Shown here one piece after another: positions 1 to 10,959 of a stretch of DNA of 20,000 nt (within the stretch, counting starts at the first letter, position 1; each line of letters starts with the position of its first letter). Position numbers and translations under genes: made by a program. Source of the stretch: Chiloscyllium plagiosum (Eukaryota); contig NC_057720.1 of assembly GCF_004010195.1 (NCBI RefSeq), positions 30,806,711-30,826,710 on the forward strand, written 5' to 3'. Below the pieces are notes generated by a model. That model was not told the DNA's origin and searched no databases. It saw only the letters and a program-made list of their open reading frames with translations.

Positions 1-449
1 ATTGAGTGTCTGGTCAGAGGTTTCTGTTGGAACTGTTTTCTTGTTTTGTTTTGTTGCTGTTATAACAGAGAAGTTTTTAAACAAGATGTTTCATTGTACC
101 ATTCTGTACTCAGGTACGCCACATTCCACAATCCAGAGTGTGTGTATTTGTACAGCATACTGCATAGTTCAGCACATATACAACATGCAGTAGTTCACTC
201 ACACCCTGATATTCAATCTTTGATTTTTGGATTCCAAAAATCATAGGACTTCAAAATAACATCAGAGCAACATATGGAGTTAGGAAAATGCACTTAGCTC
301 ATCTCAAATTCTTCTAATCCTTCTGTTGTCATTGTTAAATAGCCCATTTTATTTCATTACAATAAACGTAAGGGACCAAACCAACTATTCCCACCCATCA
401 AAAATATGGATAAGTAATTGCTCACAATCCATCAGTATTAAATTTAAGA

Positions 450-595
450 ATGCTCACTGATGGTCAGTTTGGATTCAGTTCGGGGCCACTCATCTTCTAA
501 CTTCATGATAGCCTTAGTCCAAATATGAATGAAAGCGCTCAATTGAAGAGTGGAGTTGACATCAAGCAGTATTTGATCAAGTATGGCGTCAGGCA
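450..595 (+). mobile_element. Degenerate non-LTR retrotransposon RT fragment (CR1/L2 group)
   Basis: cagtttggattc...ggccactca...gacatcaagcagtatttgatcaagtatggc resembles decayed QFGFR..HS...LDIKAAFDRVWH RT motifs. Confidence 0.55.
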
Positions 596-1729
596 AGTTA
601 TAGTATCCTTCTTGAAACTAGCACCAGCTGCATCAGATAAACCTCCTGCAAAATTATGCATTTTGGATCCATCTGGATGGTCGAAAACCACGTGTTCTGC
701 CAGGCACTGATTCCTCAACTCTCAACTGACCAGTACTCTGGGTAAGGCAAAGAAAGAAGCTACAATATTCCAAAGTTTTCCTTGAAGTGCAGAAGCATTG
801 ACATTAATGACTGGGTGAAGCATATAATCAATCATTCAAAATAATAACAACTTGTCCATCGAACTACATCATTGTTTGAGTTGGCCTATTATGGATGTGA
901 AAACCATGTCAGAAACACTCAACCCTGAGTAGATCTCATCTATAAATCAAGGGGTGACCGAAGTATAGATTTTTATGATTCATGATTCCACGATGCATCG
1001 TCTTTATTGGAAATAAATCTGACTCGTGGGTTTAGACTCCCCAAGTGTTCTATGCTCTGGCAAGCTGTTTATTTAGAAAAAATGTGGCGGAAAGACTGAA
1101 TTGTAATGCTTGATGACACGTTGTTTTACCAAAATAGAAAACTTCTATTTTGCAGTCATCCAAGCAGAAAAGATTCATCAAAACTTTAGATGAAAATAAA
1201 GCTGTAGTATACAGCAGCGATTCCTCTAAGTTGCACTGTGTGGAGCAGCTAGGAGGTTGTCCACATGCCAGTTGATGTGCTGACACCTTGATCTCCAGTT
1301 CCAGAAGCCACTGTTGGCGTACAGATTTTGGAATTGCACAGTGGAGAAGAAACTAGTGGGAGCATAGATATACATGTATTGACGTTTCAGAGAGAATTCT
1401 TAAAATGTAGATGCATGAATTTCTTTGGGTCAACTGTAATTTTCTATTCAGGTTTTTCCTAATTTTCAATTGTATGTTATGTTCCCTTAAACCATCAGCA
1501 TTAATAGATGTTCAGCAATCATCTATAAATGTCCAAACAAATATTCCTTAGATTTCTTATTCAGTGCATCTCAGTGACAATGGACCCTAATAGAGATTAT
1601 CTCATAATAAGAAAAATCAAAGAACTTAGTCAAAAAGTTTAATAATATGCAAGTAAAATGCAATATGATTAATGCATGCCACTCTGGAGGTGTCAAGACT
1701 AGAGTTGTACAGATGCTGTTGAGTGAATA

Positions 1730-2130
1730 ACTAGTGGGGAGGAAGTAGAAGAGAAAGCTTTAGGCAAGTTTTAGAAAAGGTGGAAGAGCTTCGTAGTAGT
1801 AGGATGATAACAACAGACTTCAGTTCTGCTAATGTAGATTGAGAAATGACAAAACAAAGAGCAAATATTAGGAGGAATTCATGGAACTTGTAAAAGGGAA
1901 CTTTGTTAATTAGTATTTTTCTAGCCCAACAAAGCCAGACGCAGTGTTGGATCTGGTGTTTCAGTAGAGGAAGATTTGGGAGACCATTGTCACAATGTCA
2001 ATAGGTTTAGAGGAGGTATGGAACAGGCAAGAAAATAATCAAGTGTAAAAATATTCAACTTGAGAGATTTCAGTGAGTTGAAAAATCTGGGCCCTAAGGA
2101 TACAGAGATTAAAAATGAAACAAAAGGGGA
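1730..2130 (+). mobile_element. Degenerate CR1 LINE endonuclease-region fragment
   Basis: Decayed GDFNF-NIDW, EEF.E.V..NF..QY..SPT...AVLDLV motifs with stops and frameshifts. Confidence 0.55.
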
Positions 2131-2443
2131 GACTGTGATAAGTTAATAATTTAGGAGAATCAACCACAAGTGCAAAATTAAATACCAAAAGTACAAGTTG
2201 AGAATTGAAAAAGGAAATAAGGTCATAAAGAAACACAGTTTATTGGAATAAATTACAAAAACAATGTACTCCACAAGCTGGAGATCTGAAAAAAAAGCAG
2301 AAAATGCTGGAAATATTCAACTTGTCTGGCAAAGGAATATAGCTAGGTCAAATAAATGGGCAAAGAAAAGTATAATATAGGAAAATTTAAAATTGTCAAT
2401 TTTAGCAGGAAGAATAAAAAAAGTTAGATGGTGAGATATTACA

Positions 2444-2697
2444 AGGGGGCATAGCTTTAAATTAAGGGAGGGTAGGTATAGGACAGATGTTAGGGGTAGG
2501 TTCTTTACTCAGCGAGTCGTGAGTTCGTGGAATGCCCTGCCAGTAGCAGTGGTGGACTCTCCCTCATTATGGGCATTTAAGCGGGCATTGGATAGGCATA
2601 TGGAGGATAGTGGGCTAGTGTAGGTTAGGTGGGCTTGGATCGGGGCAACATCGAGGGCCGAAGGGCCTGTACTGCGCTGTATTCTTCTATGTTCTAT
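2444..2697 (+). mobile_element. Young 5'-truncated CR1 3' end with target-site duplication
   Basis: GHSFKLR...GRFFTQRVVSSWNALP...AFKRALDRHM, 3' hairpin gggccgaagggcc and (ttctatg) tail. ATATTACA repeated at 2436-2443 and 2696-2703. Confidence 0.88.
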
Positions 2698-2937
2698 ATT
2701 ACAGAGCTCTGAGTTGCAAATGGACATTGGTGTCCTAGTGCACGAATGACAAAAGATTAGAATGGAAATACAGCAAGTAATTAGGACAAGTAACAAATGT
2801 TATTGTTTATTGCAAGGAAATTTAATTCAGATGTATAAAGGTTATGCTTCATTTATATAGGGCATTGGTGAAAACACATCGATGTAAGTGCATTGGAAAC
2901 AGTTCAGAGAAGGTTTACTTAACTCTTATCTGGAATG

Positions 2938-3180
2938 AAAATGTGTTGCTGGGAAAGCGCAGCAGGTCAGGCAGCATCCAAGGAACAGGAGAATCGATGT
3001 TTCGGGCATAAGCACTTCTTCAGGAACGAAGGGCTTCAGGAATGAAGATTCCTGAAGAAGGGCTTATGCCCGAAACGTCGATTCTCCTGTTCTTTGGATG
3101 CTGCCTGACCTGCTACGCTTTTCCCCAGCAACACATTTTCAGCTCTGATCTCCAGCATCTGCAGTCCTCATTTTCTCCTA
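2938..3180 (+). mobile_element. Non-autonomous Penelope-derived palindromic element with hammerhead-like core
   Basis: ~90-bp inverted arms (2937-3026 vs 3049-3140), 12-bp direct repeat TTATCTGGAATG at 2926-2937 and 3181-3192, and CTGAAGA-A-GGGC-TTAT-GCCC-GAAA-CGTC at 3052-3079. Confidence 0.8.
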
Positions 3181-3549
3181 TTATCTGGAATGGCTGATTT
3201 GTACTTATGAGGAAAGGTTTGACAGGCTTGCCTGCAGTTTGGAGAGTAAAGGTGACTTAATGAACAGAAATAATAAGGATTTTTTTCTTACAGGGCCATG
3301 AGTCTTTGGAACTCTTTCCCCAAAAGATGGTGAAAATCATTGGTTATTTTAAATGCAGAGACAGCTGGAATGGTAGGTGAGATTATGGAGTAAGCAGATC
3401 AGTCATAATCCCATTGAATGGTGAAGCAATTTCAAGCGGCCGAATGGTCTACCTCTGCTTCTAGTCTGTACTTTCATATGAATTATTCCATGGGCTCAGA
3501 AATGTTGCACAGAAAAGAAAAAACAAAATTCTGGAATTGCAATTGTGAA

Positions 3550-4238
3550 GAGTGTTCAGGAAGAGAGGTGCCTAAGTGTTTATCTGCACACATCATCAAA
3601 AGTGGCAGGACAGGTTGACAAAGTAGTTAGTAATGTATACAAGATCTTGTCCTTTATAAATTGGAACTAGAGGAGAAAAGTAATAAAGTTATGATAAATC
3701 AGCATAAAACACTTCTTCAGCATCAACTGGAGTTTTGTGTTCAATCTGAACACCACATTTTAGGAAAGATATAAAGACATTAGGAAGTGTGCAGAAAAGA
3801 TTCATGTGATTAGTTCCAGAAATGAAGAACCTATCATGTGGATTGAGTGGAGAAGCTAGTCTTGTTCTCTTTGGGGAAGAGAAAGTTCGGGGGAGCTTTG
3901 ATAGAGGTTTGTAAAATCATGAGAGATCTGGGCAGGGTACATATGGAGATATTGTTTCCTTTGGTTTAGAGATGTGCAGCATGGAAACAAACCCTTCGGG
4001 TTATCCAGGCCGACCAGATATTAAAGGCTGAGAACCAGAGGTCACGTTTAAAGTCATTACAAAAGTGGTAAAATGGGGCAAAGATTCTTGTTTAAGTAGC
4101 ACAATCTGGATTGCACTAAATGACTATGTCGTGGAGGTAGATTTCATGGAGGCTTTGAAAAGAGAATTGAAAAATTATTTGAATAGAAAGATTTGCAGAG
4201 CTGCAAGGGGAAAGTAAAACGATTGGGGCGGAGTAGGA
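3550..4238 (+). mobile_element. Degenerate CR1 LINE 3' fragment (short SINE/CR1 tail piece on the minus strand at ~3965-4020)
   Basis: Decayed LKVAGQVDKVV, QLE.CVQ.W.PHFRKDI..L..VQKRF, LEKL.LFSL.KR...G.LIEV.KIM motifs. Confidence 0.7.
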
Positions 4239-4494
4239 TTACCATCTATACGCGAGTAATAGTAGATCCCCCTAGTTTTGGCCAAATAACCTGGAATTTT
4301 CCATATATCTCATGTAAACGTCGACCCTAGTTCTCCACAAATAACATCAACGTTTATGAGTCAGTGTGCCAGCCGTCATGTCCCCCTTCAGCGTTCCAGT
4401 CTGCCGGTGATCCGCTTTGCTCCTGGTCTTCCAGCTCACTGGCTATTGTGTTCCACTCCGGGTTTTCAGAATTGCCGTAATTCGTTTTGTTTCT

Positions 4495-4953
4495 GTATTT
4501 TTTTTTCCTTTTTTTATCTTTTTTTTTCTTAAATAATTTAACCCCCACACTACCACCTAAGTGCGGTAGTGCTTATTTTATCCCCAGCACCCATGGTGTG
4601 TGTGTGTGTGACAGTGAAAGACACAAAGTGCACGAATCTTTATTCAATTTCCACCACCAGGAAGATAGGAAAACACCCGGGTGGCCAGTGACAAACACTG
4701 CCCTTCACATCAAAGGGCAGTGATTTGTGATCAAAACAGTGAAGTGGAGGGTAGGGACTAAATCAAAATAGAATTGGAGGGAGAAATGATGCACTCCACT
4801 CCCCACGGTGCCCACCTCTCCCTGAACAACTCCAGGGTGTTGGTGGACACCGCGTGCTCCTTCTCCAAGGACACTCGGGCCCTAACATAGCCGTGGAAGA
4901 GGGGCAGGCAGTCGGCCCTAACGACCCCCTCCACGACCCGCTGCCTCAACCTG
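4495..4953 (-). mobile_element. 5'-truncated Tx1/L1-clade LINE 3' end
   Basis: Minus-strand ORF end ...LPLFHGYVRARVSLEKEHAVSTNTLELFRERWAPWGVECIISPSNSILI* typical of Tx1 ORF2 C-termini, poly(A)-like tail at ~4497-4530, TSD TTCGTTTTGTTTCT at 4481-4494 and 4954-4967. Confidence 0.8.
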
Positions 4954-5031
4954 TTCGTTTTGTTTCTTTATTCGTTTAGAGATCAATTGGCCTGTTCGTT
5001 TTGTTTCTTTATTCGTTTAGAGATCAATTGG
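4950..5031. repeat. Perfect 41-bp tandem duplication
   Basis: cctgttcgttttgtttctttattcgtttagagatcaattgg at 4950-4990 and 4991-5031. Confidence 0.95.
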
Positions 5032-5259
5032 GCTTCTGCTAATGATAGGAATGAATTTTGACGGGCATAAATTTCAGCCCCTCAAAAATAGTAACCATGT
5101 AATTGTCGACCCTATAAATTTAATCTTAAAAAGTACTTTAACAAATTCGACTATTAGTCGAGTATGTAAGGGTGGTTGAGTTGTTTTTGCTAAGGCGAGA
5201 GTGAGTACTGCAAATGTTGCAAAGCTCTAGCAGAGTTTACGCTGTACTCATCCTGTGAT

Positions 5260-5354
5260 TCTGGATTAGTGGTGCTGGAAAAGCACAGCAGTTCAGGCAG
5301 CATCCGAGGAGCAGTAAAATTGACGTTTCAGGCAAAAGCCCTTCATCAGGAATA
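5260..5354 (-). mobile_element. Short Penelope-derived element (single arm) with hammerhead-like core
   Basis: Similar to the left arm of the 2938-3180 element. 11-bp direct repeat CATCCTGTGAT at 5249-5259 and 5355-5365. Minus strand CTGATGA-A-GGGC-TTTT-GCCT-GAAA-CGTC at 5349-5322. Confidence 0.8.
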
Positions 5355-5639
5355 CATCCTGTGATGTTCAGCCAGCATATGCAGATAAACAAATGTTCCA
5401 GATCAATAACATAGATAATTCTGAATTCATACAGATGAAATATATTAATTCCCTATGACAGTACAGACTGTACAGGATCTTCGAGCTTTTACTGTGTAAT
5501 TCATTGTGTTTGAGGAACCCTAAAACTCGGGAGCATTGTTTGTCAGAGCCCCTACTGGTGGTAGTGACAGGGAATGTATACTGGGCGAGCAAAAACGTGT
5601 TTCACTTTTAATGATTCTAATGCCACACTATCGAAGACA

Positions 5640-5891
5640 ACAATATAAATCGGTTGTGTCCACTATGACACAAATTGTTTAACGGTATATAAATGAAAGA
5701 ATATCAAACCACTATTCAACGTTTTCTTCACGTTTGCCTCGAATAAGAGTGTTTTAGTACTTAAATAGTTAACATTCCACAAACGGGCGATTTCCAATCT
5801 GGGAGACATCCTGTAGCTGAGAGTTGGGGGAAGTAGAGTTTGAATCAGACGCCGAGGGAAAGGTAAAGAGTGAAAATTAGCAGCAGTTTAG
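5640..5891 (+). promoter_or_regulatory. Candidate promoter and non-coding first exon of selenop2
   Basis: Non-repeat, CpG-retaining sequence. TATAAAT 5644-5650, TATATAAA 5686-5693, forkhead-like TGTTTAAC 5676-5683, and two donor-like sites AG|gtaaag (5862/5863) and AG|gtaaat (5891/5892). An upstream exon is implied by the acceptor 16 nt before the ATG. Confidence 0.45.
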
Positions 5892-6418
5892 GTAAATGCT
5901 GACTGATGTATTTTATTAACGTCGTAATGATTTAAACACGATGTTGTAAGAAAACTTTTCTATGTTCATCTTAACAAATTGCGTTTTAAACGCTTAATCT
6001 TTTACAGTCTAGATTCAACTCATTACGATTATGCTTTTAACAGTCAAAATCTCTAAAACCTCTTACTGAAGCTGCAACAGATTTATGTTGCAATTGTTTG
6101 TGAACTTCTCACTCAACAGTGGCCGAATACACTTTTGCCATTTTTTCAAAGCTCTTCTGTTTGGTTTTGGCCATGCGCATTTTGTTTGTAGCAGAAGTTG
6201 CTGATTGCTTAATTTTAGCGTTAAGCCAACAATATTAGAAGAAGAATTTTGTGTAAAAGGGAACATTATGAGTTTGTAATTTTCGATCACACCAGAAAAA
6301 AACAGTAGTGTCGTCTTTAAAATTTGCGCACTAATTATAAACTTGTAGCTCTTTTTGCTTTAATTTAAAAAGCATGTCTTGTCCATCTACTTCAAATTTT
6401 AGGGATATGTAAAAGATC

Positions 6419-6624
6419 ATGATGGTTTTGGAGATGCCATTACTCACTATTGTTTTGGGCCTAACAATCTCTGTGGTTGTAGCAGAGAGTGAAAGCAGAA
6501 TCTGTAAGGTGGCCCCTCACTGGGAAATTGACGACCATAACCCAATGGTGGAACAGATTGGTCACGTTGTTGTTGTGGCCCTTCTCAAAGCAAGCTGCGG
6601 GTTCTGTCTAACTCAAGCAACTAA
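6419..6624 (+). CDS. selenop2: Selenoprotein P2 (SelPb)-like, first coding exon (signal peptide + CxxC redox motif)
   Basis: Acceptor ttttAG at 6401-6402, ATG 6419, donor AA|gtaagt at 6624/6625 (phase 2). Translation MMVLEMPLLTIVLGLTISVVVAESESRICKVAPHWEI...GHVVVVALLKASCGFCLTQAT has a hydrophobic leader and the SelP_N motif VVVALLKAS(U/C)xFC. LLKAS rather than LLQAS points to the SelPb/selenop2 paralogue. Confidence 0.93.
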
Positions 6625-6739
6625 GTAAGTACAGCACTTCATAATTATTTTTCACTGTTTCCTTAATGTTATTAACTTCTCCTGTTGAGAGCACCAAGTA
6701 GAAATTTGCTGTGTTTCTGTTTTGTTGTGAGTTACTATG

Positions 6740-8260
6740 TTATGTGAATGCTCAAGTTCAGAAGTAAAGGTATCTTGCTTCAATTGTACAGAACATAGCT
6801 GGGGTATTGTCTGTCATTCAAGTCCCCGTGCTTGAGCAAAATTATAATTGCTATTAAGGCAATGCAGCAGAGATTTGCCTCTGATTCTGAGGATGATGAG
6901 ATTGTCCTATCAGGAGAGTTTGAGCCTGCATTCCCCTGAATTTAGAAAAAGAGGAAACAATCTCTTTGAATCCCTACAGTGTGGAAGCAGGCCATTTGGC
7001 CGATCAAGTCCAACTAACCCTCCAAAGACCCACACCCCTACCCTATCCCTGTAACCCTGCATTTCTGATGGATAATTCACCAAGCCACCTGACCTGCACA
7101 TCATCTGACTGGGAGGAAACCAGACCACCCAGAGGAAACCCATGCAGACACAGAGAGAATGTGCAAATTCCACACAGACAGTTGCCTAAGGCTGAAATTG
7201 AATCCAGGTCCCTGCTGTGAGGCAGCAGTGCTAACCACTGAACCACCGTGCTGCCCCACTTTTTTGTAGAAAGTTACAAAATTCTTAAAGGGATAGGCAG
7301 AGTATTTGCAGAAAGGATGTTTCCACTGGTTTTGGGTTAATAAAGAGGGGATACAGTCACAGAGTAAAAAGCAAGCCATTTAGCACCGAGGTGAGAAAGC
7401 GCTTCTTCACTTAGAGGGTGGTAAATGTTTGGAATTCTCTACTCAGAGGCCTGTGGAAGTTCAATCATTGAGCAAGTTCAAAACAGAAATTGATAATGTT
7501 CTAGTTACTGAAGATATAAAGGGTTGTGTGAAATGGTGTGAGGTACAAGTGGATAAAGTGGTAAAGAAAGCCATATGGCATGCTTACCCTCATCAGTTGG
7601 GGCGTTGAGTGTAAAAGTAGACAAGTCGTGTTGCAGCTGTATAAAACTTTAGGTTACATTTGGAGTATTATCTGCAGTTCTGCCACACTGTAGGAAAGAT
7701 GTGCAGGCATTGGAGAGAGTTCAAAAGAAGATATTGCCTGGATTGGAGTGTATTAGCTTTGAGGAGACGTTGGACTCTCTCTACAGTTTTCTCTACAGTG
7801 TTGAAGGCCGAGGGGCAGCCTGGTAGGAATATATAAACATATGAGAGGCATGAATGGAGTGGATAATCAGAGTCTTTTTATTCCAGGGGAAAATGTCAAG
7901 TAAAAGGGTCATGGGTATAAGTTGAGAGGAGGAAAGTTTTTTAAAGGAGATATGCAAAGCAATTTTTTTACACAGAGGGTGGTAGGTACCTGAAACGTTC
8001 TGCCAGGAGAAGTGGATAGAAGCAGGTATGATAGCAACATTTAAGACATATTTGCATAGACACATGAATAGGCAGAGAATAGAAGGATACTGACCATATG
8101 CAGGCAAATGGGATTAGCTTAGAATGGCATCATGGTCAATATGGACATGGTGGGCAGAAGGACCTGTTCCTGTCCTGTCCTGTACTATTCTATATTCTAT
8201 GATGTTATCTAGAATGGCAGGGCAGGCTTGAGGGACTGAGTGATCCACTCCTATTTATGA
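6740..8260 (+). mobile_element. Nested CR1 LINE 3' fragments in the first coding intron
   Basis: Two successive ORF2 C-terminal/3'UTR remnants: RFFT.RVVNVWNSL near 7400-7440, then DKVVKKAYGML, FFTQRVVG.WN.LP and the tail tattctatattctatg at ~8185-8201. Confidence 0.8.
6965..7256 (-). mobile_element. tRNA-derived SINE with CR1-type tail (HE1-like shark SINE)
   Basis: Minus-strand head GGGCAGCACGGTGGTTCAGTGGTTAGCACTGCTGCCTCACAGC...GGATTCAATT (A/B boxes), homologous to the copies at 12866 and 18893. Confidence 0.85.
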
Positions 8261-8589
8261 TCTGAATGGCGCAGTATGAAAAATTCAGTGAATTTTGATC
8301 CCAGCCTTCCATTGGAAAAATAATACCATTCTTCTGTTAATTAGCTTCAGTGTAGTAGACTTAAGCCCAAGGACTGTCTACCATAGGACCAGTTCTGGTG
8401 CACAATTCCTATGTTGTTTCATATCATATTAAGAGGACTATTTTTTAAGGTATTCCTAATAATTTTTTATTGGTATACATTTTTTTCTGTCCTGTGTAAT
8501 TTAATTGAATGTCTTTTGATACATTTCTTGAGGGGGTGTTGTAACTATATATGAATATTATATAAAAATTTGACCTTCTTATTGGTCAA

Positions 8590-10430
8590 AAATTTATCGC
8601 CGCTTTAAAACTATTTAACAACTCTGCCTCCATCGCTTTCTCGGAAAGAATTCCACAGACTCATGACTGTTTGGGGAGAAAAGAGTCTCCCCATTTCCAT
8701 CTTGAATGGAAAACCCTTTATTTTAAAGCTATGTCCCCTAATTCCAGTTTCTTCCACAGGGAAAATATCCTTGCATCCATCCTGTACAGTCTCCTCAGGA
8801 TCTTGTATGTTACAAAAAAATTACTTCTCATTCTTCAATCCTTCAATGGATACAGTCCCAAATCATCCAATCATTCCTCATAAGACAACTTTTCTTGTTC
8901 CAGATATTAGCCCAGTAAACTTTTGCAGAACTGTTTCCAATGCATTTAACATCCTACTTAAATAAGGTGATCAGAACTGAAGATTGTGCTGTACAACTAC
9001 AGGAAAATATCCCAATTTGGTTTTTCATATACCTTACAATAATCATTCCAACATTTAATTTGCCTTTTGACTCACTCACCTTGTACACAAACAGGTTTTG
9101 ATACAACTACCAGGGCATCAAGATCCGTCTGTAGCTCACAGGGTTCTGTAATCTCTCTTACCTTAAATAACATACCGCTTACCTATTTTTCCTAAGTGGA
9201 CAGGTTTACATTTTCCTACTTTATTTGGTATCTGAAATTTTTTTTAAACTGATCTATCTATTCCTTTGCATACACCTTATGCCCACTTCACAAATTACTT
9301 TCCTCCTATCTTTGCATCATTAGTAAAGTTGCAGTCATCCGTTCAATAGCTCCAACTAATGCATTGATATAGATTTTAAATAGCTGAGGCCCCCGCCTTG
9401 ATTCCTGTTGCACCAGACTCATGACATCCTGTCAACTTGAAAATTATGTATTTATGCCTACTCTCTGGTTCCTTTTAGGCAACCAATGCTCTAAATGTGT
9501 TTATGTTACCCCCTATCATGACCTGTTATTTTATGTAATAACTTTTGATGTGGCACCGTGTCAAATGCAGTCTGGAAATCTAAGTACACTACATCCACAT
9601 GTCCCTCTTTATCCATGTGACTTGATACATCTTAAGAGAACTCTAATAAATTAGTCAAACAAGGTTACTCATCCAGTGAAACATGTTGACTCTGCCGAAT
9701 TGCATTTTCTAAGACTTTATAAGAATTCCAGCATTTCCATATGACTGATGTTAAACTAATATCTCTATTTCTGACTGTCAACCTCCTTCCTTGAATAGAG
9801 GAATTACATTCACTGTTTTCCAATATGATGGGACCTTTCCAGAATCTAATGGAGTTTGGAAAATTAAAATAAATGCTTCTACTATCATGGCACCTACTTA
9901 AGCATCACAAAGTTGTACAGCACGGAAACAGACCCTTCAATCCAACTTGTCCATGCCAATCATATATCCTAAATTAATCTGTTTCCATTTGGTCTATTTC
10001 CCTCTAAACCCCCTCCTATTCATGCATTCATCATGATGCTTTTTAAATGTTGCAATTGTCCTAGTCTCCACCACTTCCTCTGGCAGCTTATTCTTTTAAA
10101 CCTCTACGATAAAACTCATCTGGAGATTTGCCAGCTTTCACTTCTGAATTTTCTTAGCGCACTTTCCGTGAATTGTTTTAATTTCCTTCCTCCTAACTTT
10201 TGATTTAGAATTATTTCTGAAATATTATTTGTTTCTTCTGCAGTGAATGTTTTTTGGAAAACACATATTCAAACCATCAGCCACTTCTTTATTTTCCATT
10301 AGTAATTCCCCAGACAGTGTTTACAGGACCAGCATTCTTTACTTTCTTCTCTTGTAATTTCTTATTTTTCTAATTTCTCCCTCCTTATTATTCTTTCTGT
10401 TGATCTTTATTGTTCTGACTTGCCACTATG
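8590..10430 (-). mobile_element. Old degenerate CR1 LINE (minus strand) with a nested CR1 3' end at ~9900-10095
   Basis: Reverse-complement motifs: VMSLWNS (gaattccacagactcatgac), DVDVVYLDFQ.AFD.VPH (gtggcaccgtgtcaaatgcagtctggaaatctaagtacactacatccacat), GA..GGL..QLF.IYIN. Confidence 0.75.
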
Positions 10431-10559
10431 TCTCATGGATTTGTTTGTTTTTTTTCTTTCAGTTTTAACCTGCTTAAGTTAACAAGAACAATGCATTCTT
10501 CTCCTAGAGTTTTTTTTGAGATGGGGCTTCCGATTTCCCCACTTTTCTCAAATTGTCTT

Positions 10560-10945
10560 GGTCTGCTTCCAGTTCCTCCCTTCCTCAATTTCTCAGTCTC
10601 ATTTTCTGGGCATATGCCATCCAACAATAAACCACCCCAGTTACATTGACTACACTTACACTCATACTGTTTACAATAAGGACTATATTCTATTCTCCCA
10701 ATTTCTCCATCTCCGCATCTATTCTACTGATGCACCCAGTGCTTCTAGTATGTTTTTATTTCAACGATTTCCCCATCTCCCCTTCCCATTCCTTCCAGGA
10801 CTATGATGGGTTTCTCCTCATCTTCATCTTCCAAAGTCTACATTCAGCAGATATCTGCCTCTACCAATGTGACGCCACCACAAAATACAACTTCTGCACC
10901 TTTTCAATATTTCAAAGGAAGTATTCCCTTAGGATCACCATGGCC
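10560..10945 (+). mobile_element. Degenerate Penelope-like RT/thumb fragment
   Basis: SYIDYTYTHTVYNKDYILFSQFLHLRIYS resembles the PLE motif SYLDYTSSHP..CK..IPFSQFLRLRRICS. Confidence 0.6.
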
Positions 10946-10959
10946 CACTCCTCAATCAT

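Larger units (their letters stand above)
2335..3470 (+). mobile_element. Old CR1 LINE 3' part, interrupted by two younger insertions
   Basis: Decayed ORF2 C-terminal motifs (GEILQSSE.Q.D.GVLVHE.QK, ALETVQRRFT, LTYEER.DRL) continue across the insertions, ending in a CR1-like 3'UTR (ggccgaatggtctacctctgcttcta). Confidence 0.7.
4242..5171. mobile_element. Non-autonomous Tc1/mariner (Tc2/pogo-like) DNA transposon, interrupted by a Tx1/L1 insertion
   Basis: Left end TA|CCATCTATACGCGAGTAATAGTAGA matches the reverse complement of the right end CCTTACATACTCGACTAATAGTCGA at 19/25, with subterminal gtcgaccc repeats. Confidence 0.6.

Noticed and set aside
4950..5031. Direct repeats as a CRISPR-like array
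   Set aside because: Only two abutting copies with no spacer, in eukaryotic context.
7043..7379. Mutually similar short ORFs (GSVVSTAASQ / CEAAVLTT) here and at 12802-13204 and 18869-19075 as a protein family
   Set aside because: The similarity comes from three copies of the same tRNA-derived SINE.
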